A stretch of DNA of 35,502 nt, from the NCBI GenBank assembly GCA_050997795.1, contig JBPCQU010000034.1, positions 1 through 35,502 of the forward strand. The letters are read 5' to 3'. Below, in pieces: positions 1 through 9,231 of the stretch; the first letter of the stretch is position 1, and each line of letters starts with the position of its first letter. The translations under genes were made by a program, and so were the position numbers. The stretch comes from Solirubrobacteraceae bacterium. Lineage in GTDB: Bacteria > Actinomycetota > Thermoleophilia > Solirubrobacterales > Solirubrobacteraceae. Below the pieces are notes generated by a model. It was not told where the DNA came from. It worked only from the letters and a program-made list of their open reading frames with translations, and did no database searches.

Positions 1-656
1 GCGCGGCGCGCCCAACCGTGCGCCAACGGCCCGAGCAGCGTGAACGCGACCAGTCCGACCGGCGTCGCGAGACTGAGCGCGAAAGCCGGCGTCCGCAGCG
101 CCGCGCGCGCCGGCTCGGAGCGCGCGATCCGCACGCAGACCGCGATCACGACGGCGGCGGTGCAGGCCGCGGTCAGCGCGAGCATCCACCAGATCTTCGT
201 GTCGCTGCCGGTCCCGAGGCCGTGCAGCACCGCGACCGGCCAGCTCGCGTAGGCCAGCCAGTGGACGGCCCGCCAGCGCTCGTAGCCGAGCCGCCGCCTG
301 ACCAGGCTGGTGATCACGAGCGCGAGCAGGAGGTCAAATGACAGCGCCCCGAGCCCCAGCCACAACGGACGGTAGCTCGAGTGCAGCGGGATCACCGCGT
401 CGATGAACGAGATCGGGGCGAAGCTGTCAAGCACGCTGGTGACGATGTGCACCACGAGCAACGCGATCACCAGCAGCGACACGTCGCGGTGCACGGTGTC
501 GACGGCGAACCGCGGCCAGCGGTCGGCGGAGACCCGCAGCGAGCCGAGGATCCCGATCACCACGCTCGCGGTCAGCAGCACCAGCGAAACCACGCCGGTC
601 CCGCGCGCGAGATACCAGTAGGCGCTAGGTCCAATGCTCGCCAGCGGCAGGCTCAT
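1..656 (-). CDS. Ferric reductase-like (MsrQ-type) heme b transmembrane protein, 3' end outside window
   Basis: Not in the ORF track. Manual translation from ATG at 656 gives MSLPLASIGPSAYWYLARGTGVVSLVLLTASVVIGIL...VHRDVSLL...VVHIVTSVLDSF...WRAVHWLAYASWPVAVLHGLGTGSD, with several TM helices and four candidate heme-ligating His. ATGA overlap with the apbE stop. Confidence 0.85.
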   Translation of the reverse strand, partial: MSLPLASIGPSAYWYLARGTGVVSLVLLTASVVIGILGSLRVSADRWPRFAVDTVHRDVSLLVIALLVVHIVTSVLDSFAPISFIDAVIPLHSSYRPLWLGLGALSFDLLLALVITSLVRRRLGYERWRAVHWLAYASWPVAVLHGLGTGSDTKIWWMLALTAACTAAVVIAVCVRIARSEPARAALRTPAFALSLATPVGLVAFTLLGPLAHGWARR

Positions 657-1654
657 CCGGCTGTCACCGCCTCCGCGGAAGCGGCTGGCGCGCAGGACAG
701 GTCATCACCCTCCGGCGGCCAGCCGGCGACGTAGCGAGCGAGCCCCGCGTCGCTGACCAGCCGGCTCGGTAGCGCCAGGGAGGCCAGCCACGCCGGGGCG
801 CGCTCGCCGCGGACGATCGCTGCGGTGCTCGCGATGTTGGCGTCCAGGCACGTGGCGGCGGTGACGCTCGCCGTCCGCCAGCCGCTCGCGGGCCGGCCGC
901 TCGCGGGGTCGAGCAGGTGGTGGACCGTCTCCCCATCCAGGCGCCAGCGGCGAACCGCGGTGCTCGAGGTGGCGAGTCCACCCGAGCTGATCGTGATCCA
1001 TTGGCCCGGGGCATCGACCCCGGCGCGGTGATCGTCGGTGACGCGCACGTGCCAGCCCCCCGGCGGTGCCGGGCCGGCGGTCGCGATGTCACCCCCGAGG
1101 CTGACCAGAACACCACACCCCGCGACGCCGGCGGCCGTGGCCGCGGCGTGGTCGGCGGCGAGCGCCTTGGCGGTCGCACCGAGGTCGAGGCTCACGCCCC
1201 GGCCCAGAGCGACGGTGCTCGCCTCCTGATCGAGCCGGATCGTGCGCCATCCCGGGATCGAGGCAAACCGCAGCGCGCGTCTGAGCGGGGCTGCGCCACT
1301 CGCGCCCGGAACCGCGCCGGCGCCCTGGCGATCCAAACCCAATTGAAAATCTCTGTCGTAACCGAGTGCGATCATGGCCTGGCCGAGCGTCGGGTCGACG
1401 TCGCCGTCGGTCAGCTCCGCCGCCCGCACGGAGGCAGTCACCGCCTCCAGCAGCAGGGCCGAGACACGCAGCGGCCGGCCGCCGGCGCGGTTGCACTCCG
1501 AAAGCTCTGAGTCGTCGCGAAAGCGCGAGCAGGCGAGGTCGAACGCGTCGACGATGCGCTTGACGGCCTCGACGGCGTCCGCCAGCCGGTCACCGTCGGA
1601 CGCCACCACCACCGCCGCGCTCCCCAACGCCGGAAAGCTGGCGGACTCTGTCAA
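653..1654 (-). CDS. apbE: FAD:protein FMN transferase (ApbE family)
   Basis: Motifs FPALGS, CSRFRDDSELS, TDGDVDPTLG, LDLGATAKA, SLGGDI, ATSS, HHLLDPASGRP, ANIASTA. No N-terminal signal or lipobox. Confidence 0.93.
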   Translation of the reverse strand: MTESASFPALGSAAVVVASDGDRLADAVEAVKRIVDAFDLACSRFRDDSELSECNRAGGRPLRVSALLLEAVTASVRAAELTDGDVDPTLGQAMIALGYDRDFQLGLDRQGAGAVPGASGAAPLRRALRFASIPGWRTIRLDQEASTVALGRGVSLDLGATAKALAADHAAATAAGVAGCGVLVSLGGDIATAGPAPPGGWHVRVTDDHRAGVDAPGQWITISSGGLATSSTAVRRWRLDGETVHHLLDPASGRPASGWRTASVTAATCLDANIASTAAIVRGERAPAWLASLALPSRLVSDAGLARYVAGWPPEGDDLSCAPAASAEAVTAG

Positions 1655-2043
1655 GAGCCTCCCGAGACCGGCGCGGACTGCTGTGTCGGGGCGGGCGCGG
1701 CCTGCGGCTGGGGCTGCGGCTGGGTCTGCGGGGCGGCCTGGGGCGCGGCGCCGGGGGCCTGTAGCCCGAGCCCGCTCGGGTTCGCCAGCGGCGGCATCTT
1801 CGGCGACCCGGTCTGGGGCCGCGTCGGGCGGGCCACCGCGGTCCGCGCGCTGACCGACGCCTTGGCGCCGAGCGAGCGCCCCGGAGCGACGGCGCTCACC
1901 ACCGCCGCGAGCGCAGCGGTAAGCGCGCCGGCGCCGATTATGGTGGCGCGACGGAGCCGGCTGACCCTGAGAAGCGCGGCGTCGCGCCCGCGCTGGGCGG
2001 CCACTCGATCGGGCGATTGCCCTGGATACGGAATTCTGGACAC
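1651..2043 (-). CDS. Small membrane-anchored/exported protein with Pro/Gln/Ala-rich linker and C-terminal VSGGS; candidate ApbE substrate
   Basis: 130 aa. RLRR followed by a hydrophobic helix (ATIIGAGALTAALAAVVSAVAPG), then QPQPQPQ linker. Stop overlaps the apbE TTG start (TTGA). Confidence 0.75.
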   Translation of the reverse strand: MSRIPYPGQSPDRVAAQRGRDAALLRVSRLRRATIIGAGALTAALAAVVSAVAPGRSLGAKASVSARTAVARPTRPQTGSPKMPPLANPSGLGLQAPGAAPQAAPQTQPQPQPQAAPAPTQQSAPVSGGS

Positions 2044-2077
2044 GTCTTAGAACCTGTCGTAAGTCGATCAGCTTTCA

Positions 2078-2094
2078 GTAAGAGCAGGATGAGA
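2078..2094 (-). promoter_or_regulatory. Candidate OmpR/MprA-type direct-repeat box TCTCAT-N5-TCTTAC
   Basis: Hexamer repeat with 11-bp period about 35 bp upstream of the small-protein/apbE operon. Resembles the MprA box TCTCAG-N5-TCTCAG. Confidence 0.45.
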
Positions 2095-2096
2095 AT

Positions 2097-3455
2097 TCAT
2101 CCACTCCAGGCACCCATGATCGGCAATTGCACGGTGAATTGCGAGCCCTCGACGGAGATCCTGCCCCCGTGGCGCTCGACGATCGCCGCGACGATCGACA
2201 GCCCGAGCCCCGAGCCCGGCCGCTCAGAGGCCTCCGGGGCACGCCAGAAGCGCTCGAACAGGCGCTCGCGCTGGTCCTCGGGGGGGCCGGGGCCTTCGTC
2301 GCGCACGCTCACCAGCGCCCAGCCCTTGTGGGTCGTAACCGCAACCGTGACCGCCGCGCCCTCGGGCGAACCGTGGACGAGCCCGTTCTCGATCAGGTTC
2401 CAAATCATTCGAGCCAGCGCTTCCTCGTCGCCGACGACCGACACCGGCGCCACCGCGCCGAGCCGCACCCGGCCGCTGTCGTCCTCGCCGACCACGCGGG
2501 CGGCGAGCTGATCGAGCTCCACGCGCGCCGTCGTCGGTGTCGCGCCCGCCACACGCTCGAGCGCGAGCAGCGCGTCGACCAAATGCGCGAGCCGGCTGGC
2601 GTCGGCGTGCAGGTCGTCGAGAACCTCTGGCTCGGCGCCGTGGCGGACCGCGTACTCGACGTTCCCGAGCAGGGCGGTCACGGGGGTCCGCAGCTCGTGC
2701 GAGGCGTCGGCGAGGAACCGCCGCTCGACCGTTCGTGCCTGCTCGAGTGAGGAGAGCATCCGGTTCAGCACCCCGGTCAGCTGACCGACCTCGTCCAGCG
2801 TCGCCGGCTCTGGTAGCCGCCGGGACGGATCGGCGGTCCGCTCTATCTCTCCGGCCGCGACGGCCAGCCGGCGCAGCGGTCGCAACCCCCGACGAGTGAG
2901 GATCGCCGCCGCGATCGCCGCCAGCAGCACGATGCCGGCGCCGCTCAGCGCCACGACAGCGCCGAGATTTGAGAGCGTCCGCGCGATGTCGCTGGTGTCG
3001 GAGGCGACCAGCACCGCGCCCCCGGCGGCGGGGCCCGGCACCGCCGCGATCGGGGCCGCGTAGAGACGAAACGGACTCCCGTTGAGCGTGATGTCCTCGA
3101 CGCCTGTGCGGCCCTGGCGCAGGGCCGCGCGCACCCTCTGGTCCTCGGGCAGCAGCTCGGCTCCGAGCGTTAGCGAGCGCGCCAGGATCCGGCCCCGGGA
3201 GTCGATCACCTCGACCGCAAGCTGCCGGCCCGAGGCCGGGCTCTCGAGCGCGCCGGGGTCACGCAGCACCGCCGGCGCCGATACCGCGAGCTGGGCCACG
3301 TCCTGCGCGCGTTGCCGCAGGGCGGTGTCGAGTGACCCCCGCAGCTCTGCGCCGACCACGAGCACGGTCACGACCGCGAAGAGCACAACCGCGGCCAGAA
3401 TCGACGCGGCGGCGGCGGCGGCCAGCCTCGCGCGCAGGGTGCGGAGGATCCTCAA
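2097..3455 (-). CDS. HAMP-domain sensor histidine kinase (MprB/PrrB-like)
   Basis: Two TM segments, HAMP (DEVGQLTGVLNRML), H-box ADASHELRTP, N-box NLIENG, G1 DEGPG, F-box FERFWR, G2 GSGLGLSIV. Confidence 0.93.
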   Translation of the reverse strand: MRILRTLRARLAAAAAASILAAVVLFAVVTVLVVGAELRGSLDTALRQRAQDVAQLAVSAPAVLRDPGALESPASGRQLAVEVIDSRGRILARSLTLGAELLPEDQRVRAALRQGRTGVEDITLNGSPFRLYAAPIAAVPGPAAGGAVLVASDTSDIARTLSNLGAVVALSGAGIVLLAAIAAAILTRRGLRPLRRLAVAAGEIERTADPSRRLPEPATLDEVGQLTGVLNRMLSSLEQARTVERRFLADASHELRTPVTALLGNVEYAVRHGAEPEVLDDLHADASRLAHLVDALLALERVAGATPTTARVELDQLAARVVGEDDSGRVRLGAVAPVSVVGDEEALARMIWNLIENGLVHGSPEGAAVTVAVTTHKGWALVSVRDEGPGPPEDQRERLFERFWRAPEASERPGSGLGLSIVAAIVERHGGRISVEGSQFTVQLPIMGAWSG

Positions 3456-3460
3456 GCGCG

Positions 3461-3552
3461 GGTTTGGGATGGCAAACCGATCAAAGTTGTGTTTACATCA
3501 CAAAAGGGCGCAATCTCGAACCAGTTCGACTGAGGATGAGACACCACGGAGG
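3461..3552. promoter_or_regulatory. AT-rich divergent promoter region with three palindromes and an RBS
   Basis: GGTTTG-N6-CAAACC (3461-3478), TTGTG-N7-CACAA (3487-3503), TCGAAC-N2-GTTCGA (3516-3529). GGAGG at 3548-3552 lies 7 nt before ATG 3560. Confidence 0.55.
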
Positions 3553-3608
3553 GTTGCCGATGTCCGCCGATCACGGCGCGTTGCCGATGTCCGCCGATCA
3601 CGGCGCGT
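3553..3608 (+). repeat. 27-bp perfect tandem duplication spanning the start codon
   Basis: GTTGCCGATGTCCGCCGATCACGGCGC at 3553-3579 and 3580-3606, encoding MSADHGA twice. Confidence 0.95.
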
Positions 3609-5293
3609 CGGCGCGGGTGCTGCTGGTCGAGGCTGATCCTCGCGCGGCGATGCTGATCGGCGAGACGCTCCGCGCCGCCTGGCGCCATGGCCTGGTGATC
3701 GCCCACGCCCAGCGCTTCGCCGACGCCACCCAGGAGCTGCTCGATCACGGCGCGACGTGCGTGCTGCTCGACATCCCGCCCGGCGGCCCCGACCCGCTGC
3801 GCCCGCTCGAGCACCTGCGCAGCGCGGCCCCCGACGTCCCGATCATCGTCCTCTCCGACGGGGCCGACGAGCAGTTCGGCGTCGCCGCCGTCCAAGCGGG
3901 TGCGCAGGACTTCCTGCTCAAGTCCGAGCTCAACCCGGGGCTGCTCGCCCGCGCTGTCTCCTACGCGATCGAGCGCAAGCGCTCCGAGGTTGACCTCGCC
4001 CACCAGGCGCTGCACGATCCGCTCACGGCGCTTCCCAACCGGGCGCTGTTCATCGACCGCTTGACGGTCGCGCTCGACCGCTCGCGCCGCACCGGGGCGC
4101 CGGTGGCGGTGCTGTTCCTCGACGTCGACAGCTTCAAGCAGATCAACGATTCGATGGGGCATTCGGCGGGTGATCTGCTGCTCACCGTACTGGCGGACCG
4201 CTTCACGGAAATGTTGCGGCCGATGGACACGGTCGCGCGCTTCGGCGGCGACGAGTTCACGTTCTTGTTCGAGGAGCTCCAGAGCGAGCGCGAAGCGGTC
4301 CTGATCGCGAGCCGGATCAGCGAGTCCGCGGCCCGGCCGCTGCACCTCGGCGACGGCGACGGCGAAGCGAGGGTCGCGGTCAGCATCGGAATCGCGATCG
4401 TGACCGACCCCTCGATCGCCCCCGAGAGCGCGATCCGCGACGCGGACGCGGCGATGTACCGCGCCAAGGAGCTCGGCGGCGATCGCTTCGAGCTGTACGA
4501 CGAGACCGCGCGCAACCGCGCCACCCAGCGCCTCGAGCTCGAGGACGCGCTGCGTGATGCGGTTCAGCGCTCGGAGCTGCGAGTCCATTACCAGCCGCGG
4601 GTGTCGCTGGGCGGCGACACGGGCCTGACGGGCTTCGAGGCGCTGGTCCGCTGGCAACACCCCGTGCACGGGCTGCTCGACGCGGCCGAGTTCATCGAGC
4701 TCGCGCAGGACACGGGGCTGATCGTGCCGATCGGCGAGTGGGTGCTCGAGCAGGCGCTGAGAGACGTGAGGGACTGGCGCCAGTCGCGTCCCGGCGTGAC
4801 GATCTCGGTCAATATCTCGTGGCGCCAGCTCGAGGACCCCGGCCTGGTGGCCAGCCTCGAGGCGACGATTCGCTCCAGCGGCGCTGACCCGAGCGTGCTG
4901 TGCCTCGAGCTGACCGAGGACACGGTGCAGCGCGATCCAGAGCTCGCGGGCCGGATGCTCGTGGCGCTCTACAAGATGGGCGTTAAGCTCGCGATCGACG
5001 ACTTCGGGACCGGCCGTTCGTCGCTTCAGAGCCTGCGCCACCTCCCGCTCGACACGATCAAGATTCACCAGTCGTTCGTCTGGCGTCTGGGCAGCGAGCC
5101 CGGGGAGGCGGCGATCGTCGGCGCGCTGGTGGAGCTGGGGCACGCGCTCGGGGTGAGCGTCGTCGCCGAGGGCGTCGAGACCGATGCGCAGCTGGCCCAC
5201 CTCCGGGATCTCGGCTGCGACGGGGCGCAGGGCTACCTGTTCAGCAAGCCACTGCCGCAGGACGGGGTTCACGCGCTGCTCGGATCGGGCTGA
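3560..5293 (+). CDS. REC-GGDEF-EAL diguanylate cyclase/phosphodiesterase response regulator
   Basis: Receiver domain (VLLVEAD...VLLDIP...FLLK), HDPLTALPNR, RPMD I-site plus ARFGGDEF, GFEALVRW, ELTE, IDDFGTG, AEGVET, QGYLF. Start moved to ATG 3560 because of the GGAGG RBS. Confidence 0.93.
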   Translation: MSADHGALPMSADHGASARVLLVEADPRAAMLIGETLRAAWRHGLVIAHAQRFADATQELLDHGATCVLLDIPPGGPDPLRPLEHLRSAAPDVPIIVLSDGADEQFGVAAVQAGAQDFLLKSELNPGLLARAVSYAIERKRSEVDLAHQALHDPLTALPNRALFIDRLTVALDRSRRTGAPVAVLFLDVDSFKQINDSMGHSAGDLLLTVLADRFTEMLRPMDTVARFGGDEFTFLFEELQSEREAVLIASRISESAARPLHLGDGDGEARVAVSIGIAIVTDPSIAPESAIRDADAAMYRAKELGGDRFELYDETARNRATQRLELEDALRDAVQRSELRVHYQPRVSLGGDTGLTGFEALVRWQHPVHGLLDAAEFIELAQDTGLIVPIGEWVLEQALRDVRDWRQSRPGVTISVNISWRQLEDPGLVASLEATIRSSGADPSVLCLELTEDTVQRDPELAGRMLVALYKMGVKLAIDDFGTGRSSLQSLRHLPLDTIKIHQSFVWRLGSEPGEAAIVGALVELGHALGVSVVAEGVETDAQLAHLRDLGCDGAQGYLFSKPLPQDGVHALLGSG

Positions 5294-5322
5294 CAGGCGC
5301 CGGCGGCGGCTCGGGGGCGCAC

Positions 5323-6009
5323 TCAGGCGCGCAGCACGAACCCCGATCCCCTCAGCGTTCTGATCAGCGGCGGGTCGCCGAGCTTTCGCCGCAGCCGGGT
5401 CACGTAGCGGTCGACGACGTTGCGCTCGGCCGCGCCGCCCCAGATCGCCTCGATCGCGCGCTCGCGGGTGACCGGGCGTCCGGACTCGCGCAGCAGCAGT
5501 TCGAGCAATGCCGCCTCGCGCCCGGTCAGCTGCACCGTTCGCGAGCCGCGGGTGGCGGCGCGCGTCTCGGTGTCGAGCACGAGATCGGCGTAGGAGAGCC
5601 GCCCCTCTGACTGCCGGCCGCGCCGCGTCAGCGCGCGCAGCCGGGCGATCAGCTCCTGGACCGCGAACGGCTTGACGAGGTAGTCGTCGGCCCCCGCCTG
5701 CAGCCCGGCGACGCGATCGGTCACCGCGTCGCGCGCGGTCAGCATCAGGATCGGCGTGGGCAGGCCCTTGCCCCGCAGACGCCGGCATACCGACAGGCCG
5801 TCGATCGCCGGCATCGCGACATCGAGCACGATCACGTCGGGCGGCAAGCGCTCGGCCACGGGCAGCTCCGCGCCGCCGGCCTGCGCGACGGTGACCTCGA
5901 ACCCTTCGGCGGTCAGCGACCGGGCGAGCATCCGGCGCAGAGGCGGGTCATCGTCGACCACCAGCACCCTTTCGCGGAGCTCGCCTCCGTCATCCGCCGG
6001 CGACGTCAC
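5323..6009 (-). CDS. OmpR-family response regulator (MprA/PrrA-like)
   Basis: VLVVDDD, VIVLDVAMP, LMLTARD, GADDYLVKPF, winged helix NVVDRYVTRLRRKL...IRTLRGSGF. Confidence 0.93.
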   Translation of the reverse strand: MTSPADDGGELRERVLVVDDDPPLRRMLARSLTAEGFEVTVAQAGGAELPVAERLPPDVIVLDVAMPAIDGLSVCRRLRGKGLPTPILMLTARDAVTDRVAGLQAGADDYLVKPFAVQELIARLRALTRRGRQSEGRLSYADLVLDTETRAATRGSRTVQLTGREAALLELLLRESGRPVTRERAIEAIWGGAAERNVVDRYVTRLRRKLGDPPLIRTLRGSGFVLRA

Positions 6010-6046
6010 GAGCGCGCGCTGGCCGGCGTCATCCGCCGGCGACGTC
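5988..6046. repeat. 20-bp direct repeat (39-bp period) at the permease stop / regulator start junction
   Basis: CGTCATCCGCCGGCGACGTC at 5988-6007 and 6027-6046. Confidence 0.9.
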
Positions 6047-6846
6047 GCGGCGCATGAAGACCAGGAACGCCGCCACGATCGCGGGAATCCCGTACAGCGC
6101 GCAGACCCACACCGCCTGGACGACCGGCGCCCAGTCCGTCGGGGTGCGAAGCAGCCCCTGCCAGGCGTTGAACTGCGTGCTCAACAGGTAGGGCTGCAGC
6201 CCGCTGAGCCCGGGCAGGATCCCGACCAGCTGGATCAGCAGCGAGACCATCAGCGTTTCCACCACCGCCGCGGCGCTATTGCGGGTGATCGCGGACAGCA
6301 GCAGCCCGATGCACACGATCGCCGCGATCGGGATCAGGTACACGAGCAGGCTGACGTAGACGAGCTCGAGCGCCTTGGGGGCCGAGACGATCGTCCCCGA
6401 GAGGCTCTGCAGCGAATTGAACCCCGACTGCAGGCTGCCGGCGAGCACCGCGACGGTGCCGCACAGCAGGATCGCGATCACGGCGTACGTGCTCGCGGCC
6501 AGCGTCTTGCCGGCGAAGATCTGCCAGCGCTCGAGCGAGCGCGTGAAGATCGTCTTGAGCGTCCCGTTGTGATCCTCGGAGGCGAAGATGTCGCCCGCCA
6601 CGAGCGCCGTGATCAGCGGGAACATCCACACGGCGCCGAACAGCAGGATCACGAGCGGCACCGCGAGCCCGCTGCGATCCAGGTAGCTGGAGAAGGCGAA
6701 GTCGCCGCCGTGGCTGCGGTGTCGCAGGTGGATCGCGACCACGAACAGGATCGGCACGATCACCGCGGCACCGAGCCCGAGGTAGGTGCGCTTCTGATGG
6801 CGGAGCTTGAACAGCTCCCAGCGGTAGACGGTCGCGGTGCCGGGCA

Positions 6847-6847
<1 letters not shown>
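6029..6847 (-). CDS. ABC-2 type transporter permease
   Basis: About 6 TM helices, AGDIFASEDHNGTLKTIFTRS motif, C-terminal RRDV. TGATG coupling to the ATPase. Confidence 0.9.
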
Positions 6848-7877
<1,030 letters not shown>

Positions 7878-7881
<4 letters not shown>

Positions 7882-9134
7882 AGCGCCCGGGCGGCGGCGT
7901 CGGCGGCCGCCGAGGGCACCGAGCCGAGGACCATGTACGAGACGCCGCCGCGGCTGAAGCGGACCATCGTGCCCAGCGCGGTGTCGAGCTCCTGGCCGCT
8001 GGCGCCGTTGATCGAGACGGTCGGGAGGCTGAGAGCGCTCTGACCGCTTCCGGCCGAGGCCTTGCCGCTGCCGGCGTCCTTGGCCACCTGCGTCTGCTCG
8101 ATCACCGCGATCCCGCCGAGGTTCTGCCCGTAGGCGACGAGCGCGGCCGGCTTGCCGCCCCAGTCGAGCAACGTCACGGTGTGACGCGGCAAGCCCACGA
8201 GCGACTTGGGCGCCACCAGCTTGAACGGCAGCTTGGCCGCCACAGCCGCGACGCCGTTGACGCGTTGGCTGTGGGCGCGCTTGCCGAGCCGGTGCAGCTT
8301 GGCCGCGGAGCCCATGCCGTTGGCGTGACCGGACGCGGTCGCGATCTTGACCACCTTCGAGCCCGCCGGCGGCGAGACGTTGAAGTCCGAGGCGGGAACC
8401 TGCCCGTAGGAGATGTCGGTCGCCTTGAGCTCGAGCACCGGCGTCGAGTTGCCGCGCGCGTAGATCGCGATCCGCAGCGGCACGCCGCGGACGGCGTCCC
8501 ACGCGACCTCGGCCTGCCCGAGCAGTCCGCCGTCGTGCTTGGGAGCGATGCTGACTGTGTAGGCGGCCTGCCCGGCGACGTCGCCCGGGGTTGCGCCGGA
8601 CACGTCGACGTGCTTCATCAGCTTGTTCAAATCAGACTGGATCTCGGCGATCGTCGGGAGGCCCTGGTGCGCGTCGGGCTTGGCGCTGGCCGGCTTGGCG
8701 GCGCCCGAGTGGTCGGCGGGCAGCGAGCCCTCGTAAACGGTGTGCGAGGAGGGGTCTGAGATCCAGAACGAGCCGTTGTTGACGACCACCTGCGCGTCGC
8801 AGTTGTCGGACTGCAGCTCGAGGCGAATACGATGCCCGCTGCCCCGGCAGAGGCGGCCGGTGGCGCCGGTCAGGATCGGGTCAGAGGGACCCTGGCCGCC
8901 CGCCAGATCAGCGGAGCCGATCAGGTTGTTGGTGAAGCTGATGTTGGCGGTGATCCCGGCCACCTGCGGCGCTTTGAGCGCGTCGTGAAGGGCGGCCGCC
9001 AGCGGCTTGGGCGTGGGCACCGGACCCGGCCCGGCGGCCGCGACGGCGATCGCCGTCCCCCCTCCGACCACGATCACCAGGCCGGCAATCAGGGCCAGCA
9101 GCCGACGGGTTGAGACTGTGCGCAGGAATTTCAT
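7878..9134 (-). CDS. Exported LolA/RseB-like fold protein (DUF2092-like, putative lipid carrier or ABC accessory)
   Basis: Signal-like N-terminus (STRRLLALIAGLVIVVGGGTAIAVAA). Segments RLELQSD, VAGQAAYTVSIAPK, AWDAVRGVPLRIAIYA, FNVSPPAGSKV resemble actinobacterial LolA-like proteins. Confidence 0.65.
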
Positions 9135-9179
9135 CACGGCTCCGCCTTTCTCGGGATGAGTCCAAGATCGCAGACGAGC

Positions 9180-9196
9180 TTGAAATTACTCTGACA
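9180..9196 (-). promoter_or_regulatory. Candidate OmpR/MprA-type direct-repeat box TGTCAG-N5-TTTCAA
   Basis: Degenerate hexamer repeat with 11-bp period about 45 bp upstream of the LolA-like/ABC/response regulator operon. Confidence 0.35.
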
Positions 9197-9231
9197 GATC
9201 GGGGTCCGCGCCCGGTACCGTCAGCGTCGGC

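Noticed and set aside
1700-1730. Short GGCTG-type repeats
   Set aside because: They encode the QPQPQPQ linker and are not a separate DNA element.
3487-3503. TTGTG-N7-CACAA as a CRP site
   Set aside because: One base shorter than TGTGA-N6-TCACA. Kept only as an unassigned palindrome.
3516-3529. TCGAAC-CA-GTTCGA as a LexA SOS box
   Set aside because: The actinobacterial SOS box needs a 4-nt spacer and this has 2.
3461-5331. The insert as an IS or transposon
   Set aside because: No transposase and no terminal inverted repeats. Only a short flanking near-direct repeat.
3452-5788. 778-aa minus-strand ORF
   Set aside because: Antisense shadow of the GGDEF-EAL gene in high-GC DNA, with no recognisable motifs.
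7882-8502. N-terminal extension of the ABC ATPase ORF
   Set aside because: Overlaps the LolA-like CDS out of frame with Arg-rich noise. GTGA coupling defines the start at 7881.
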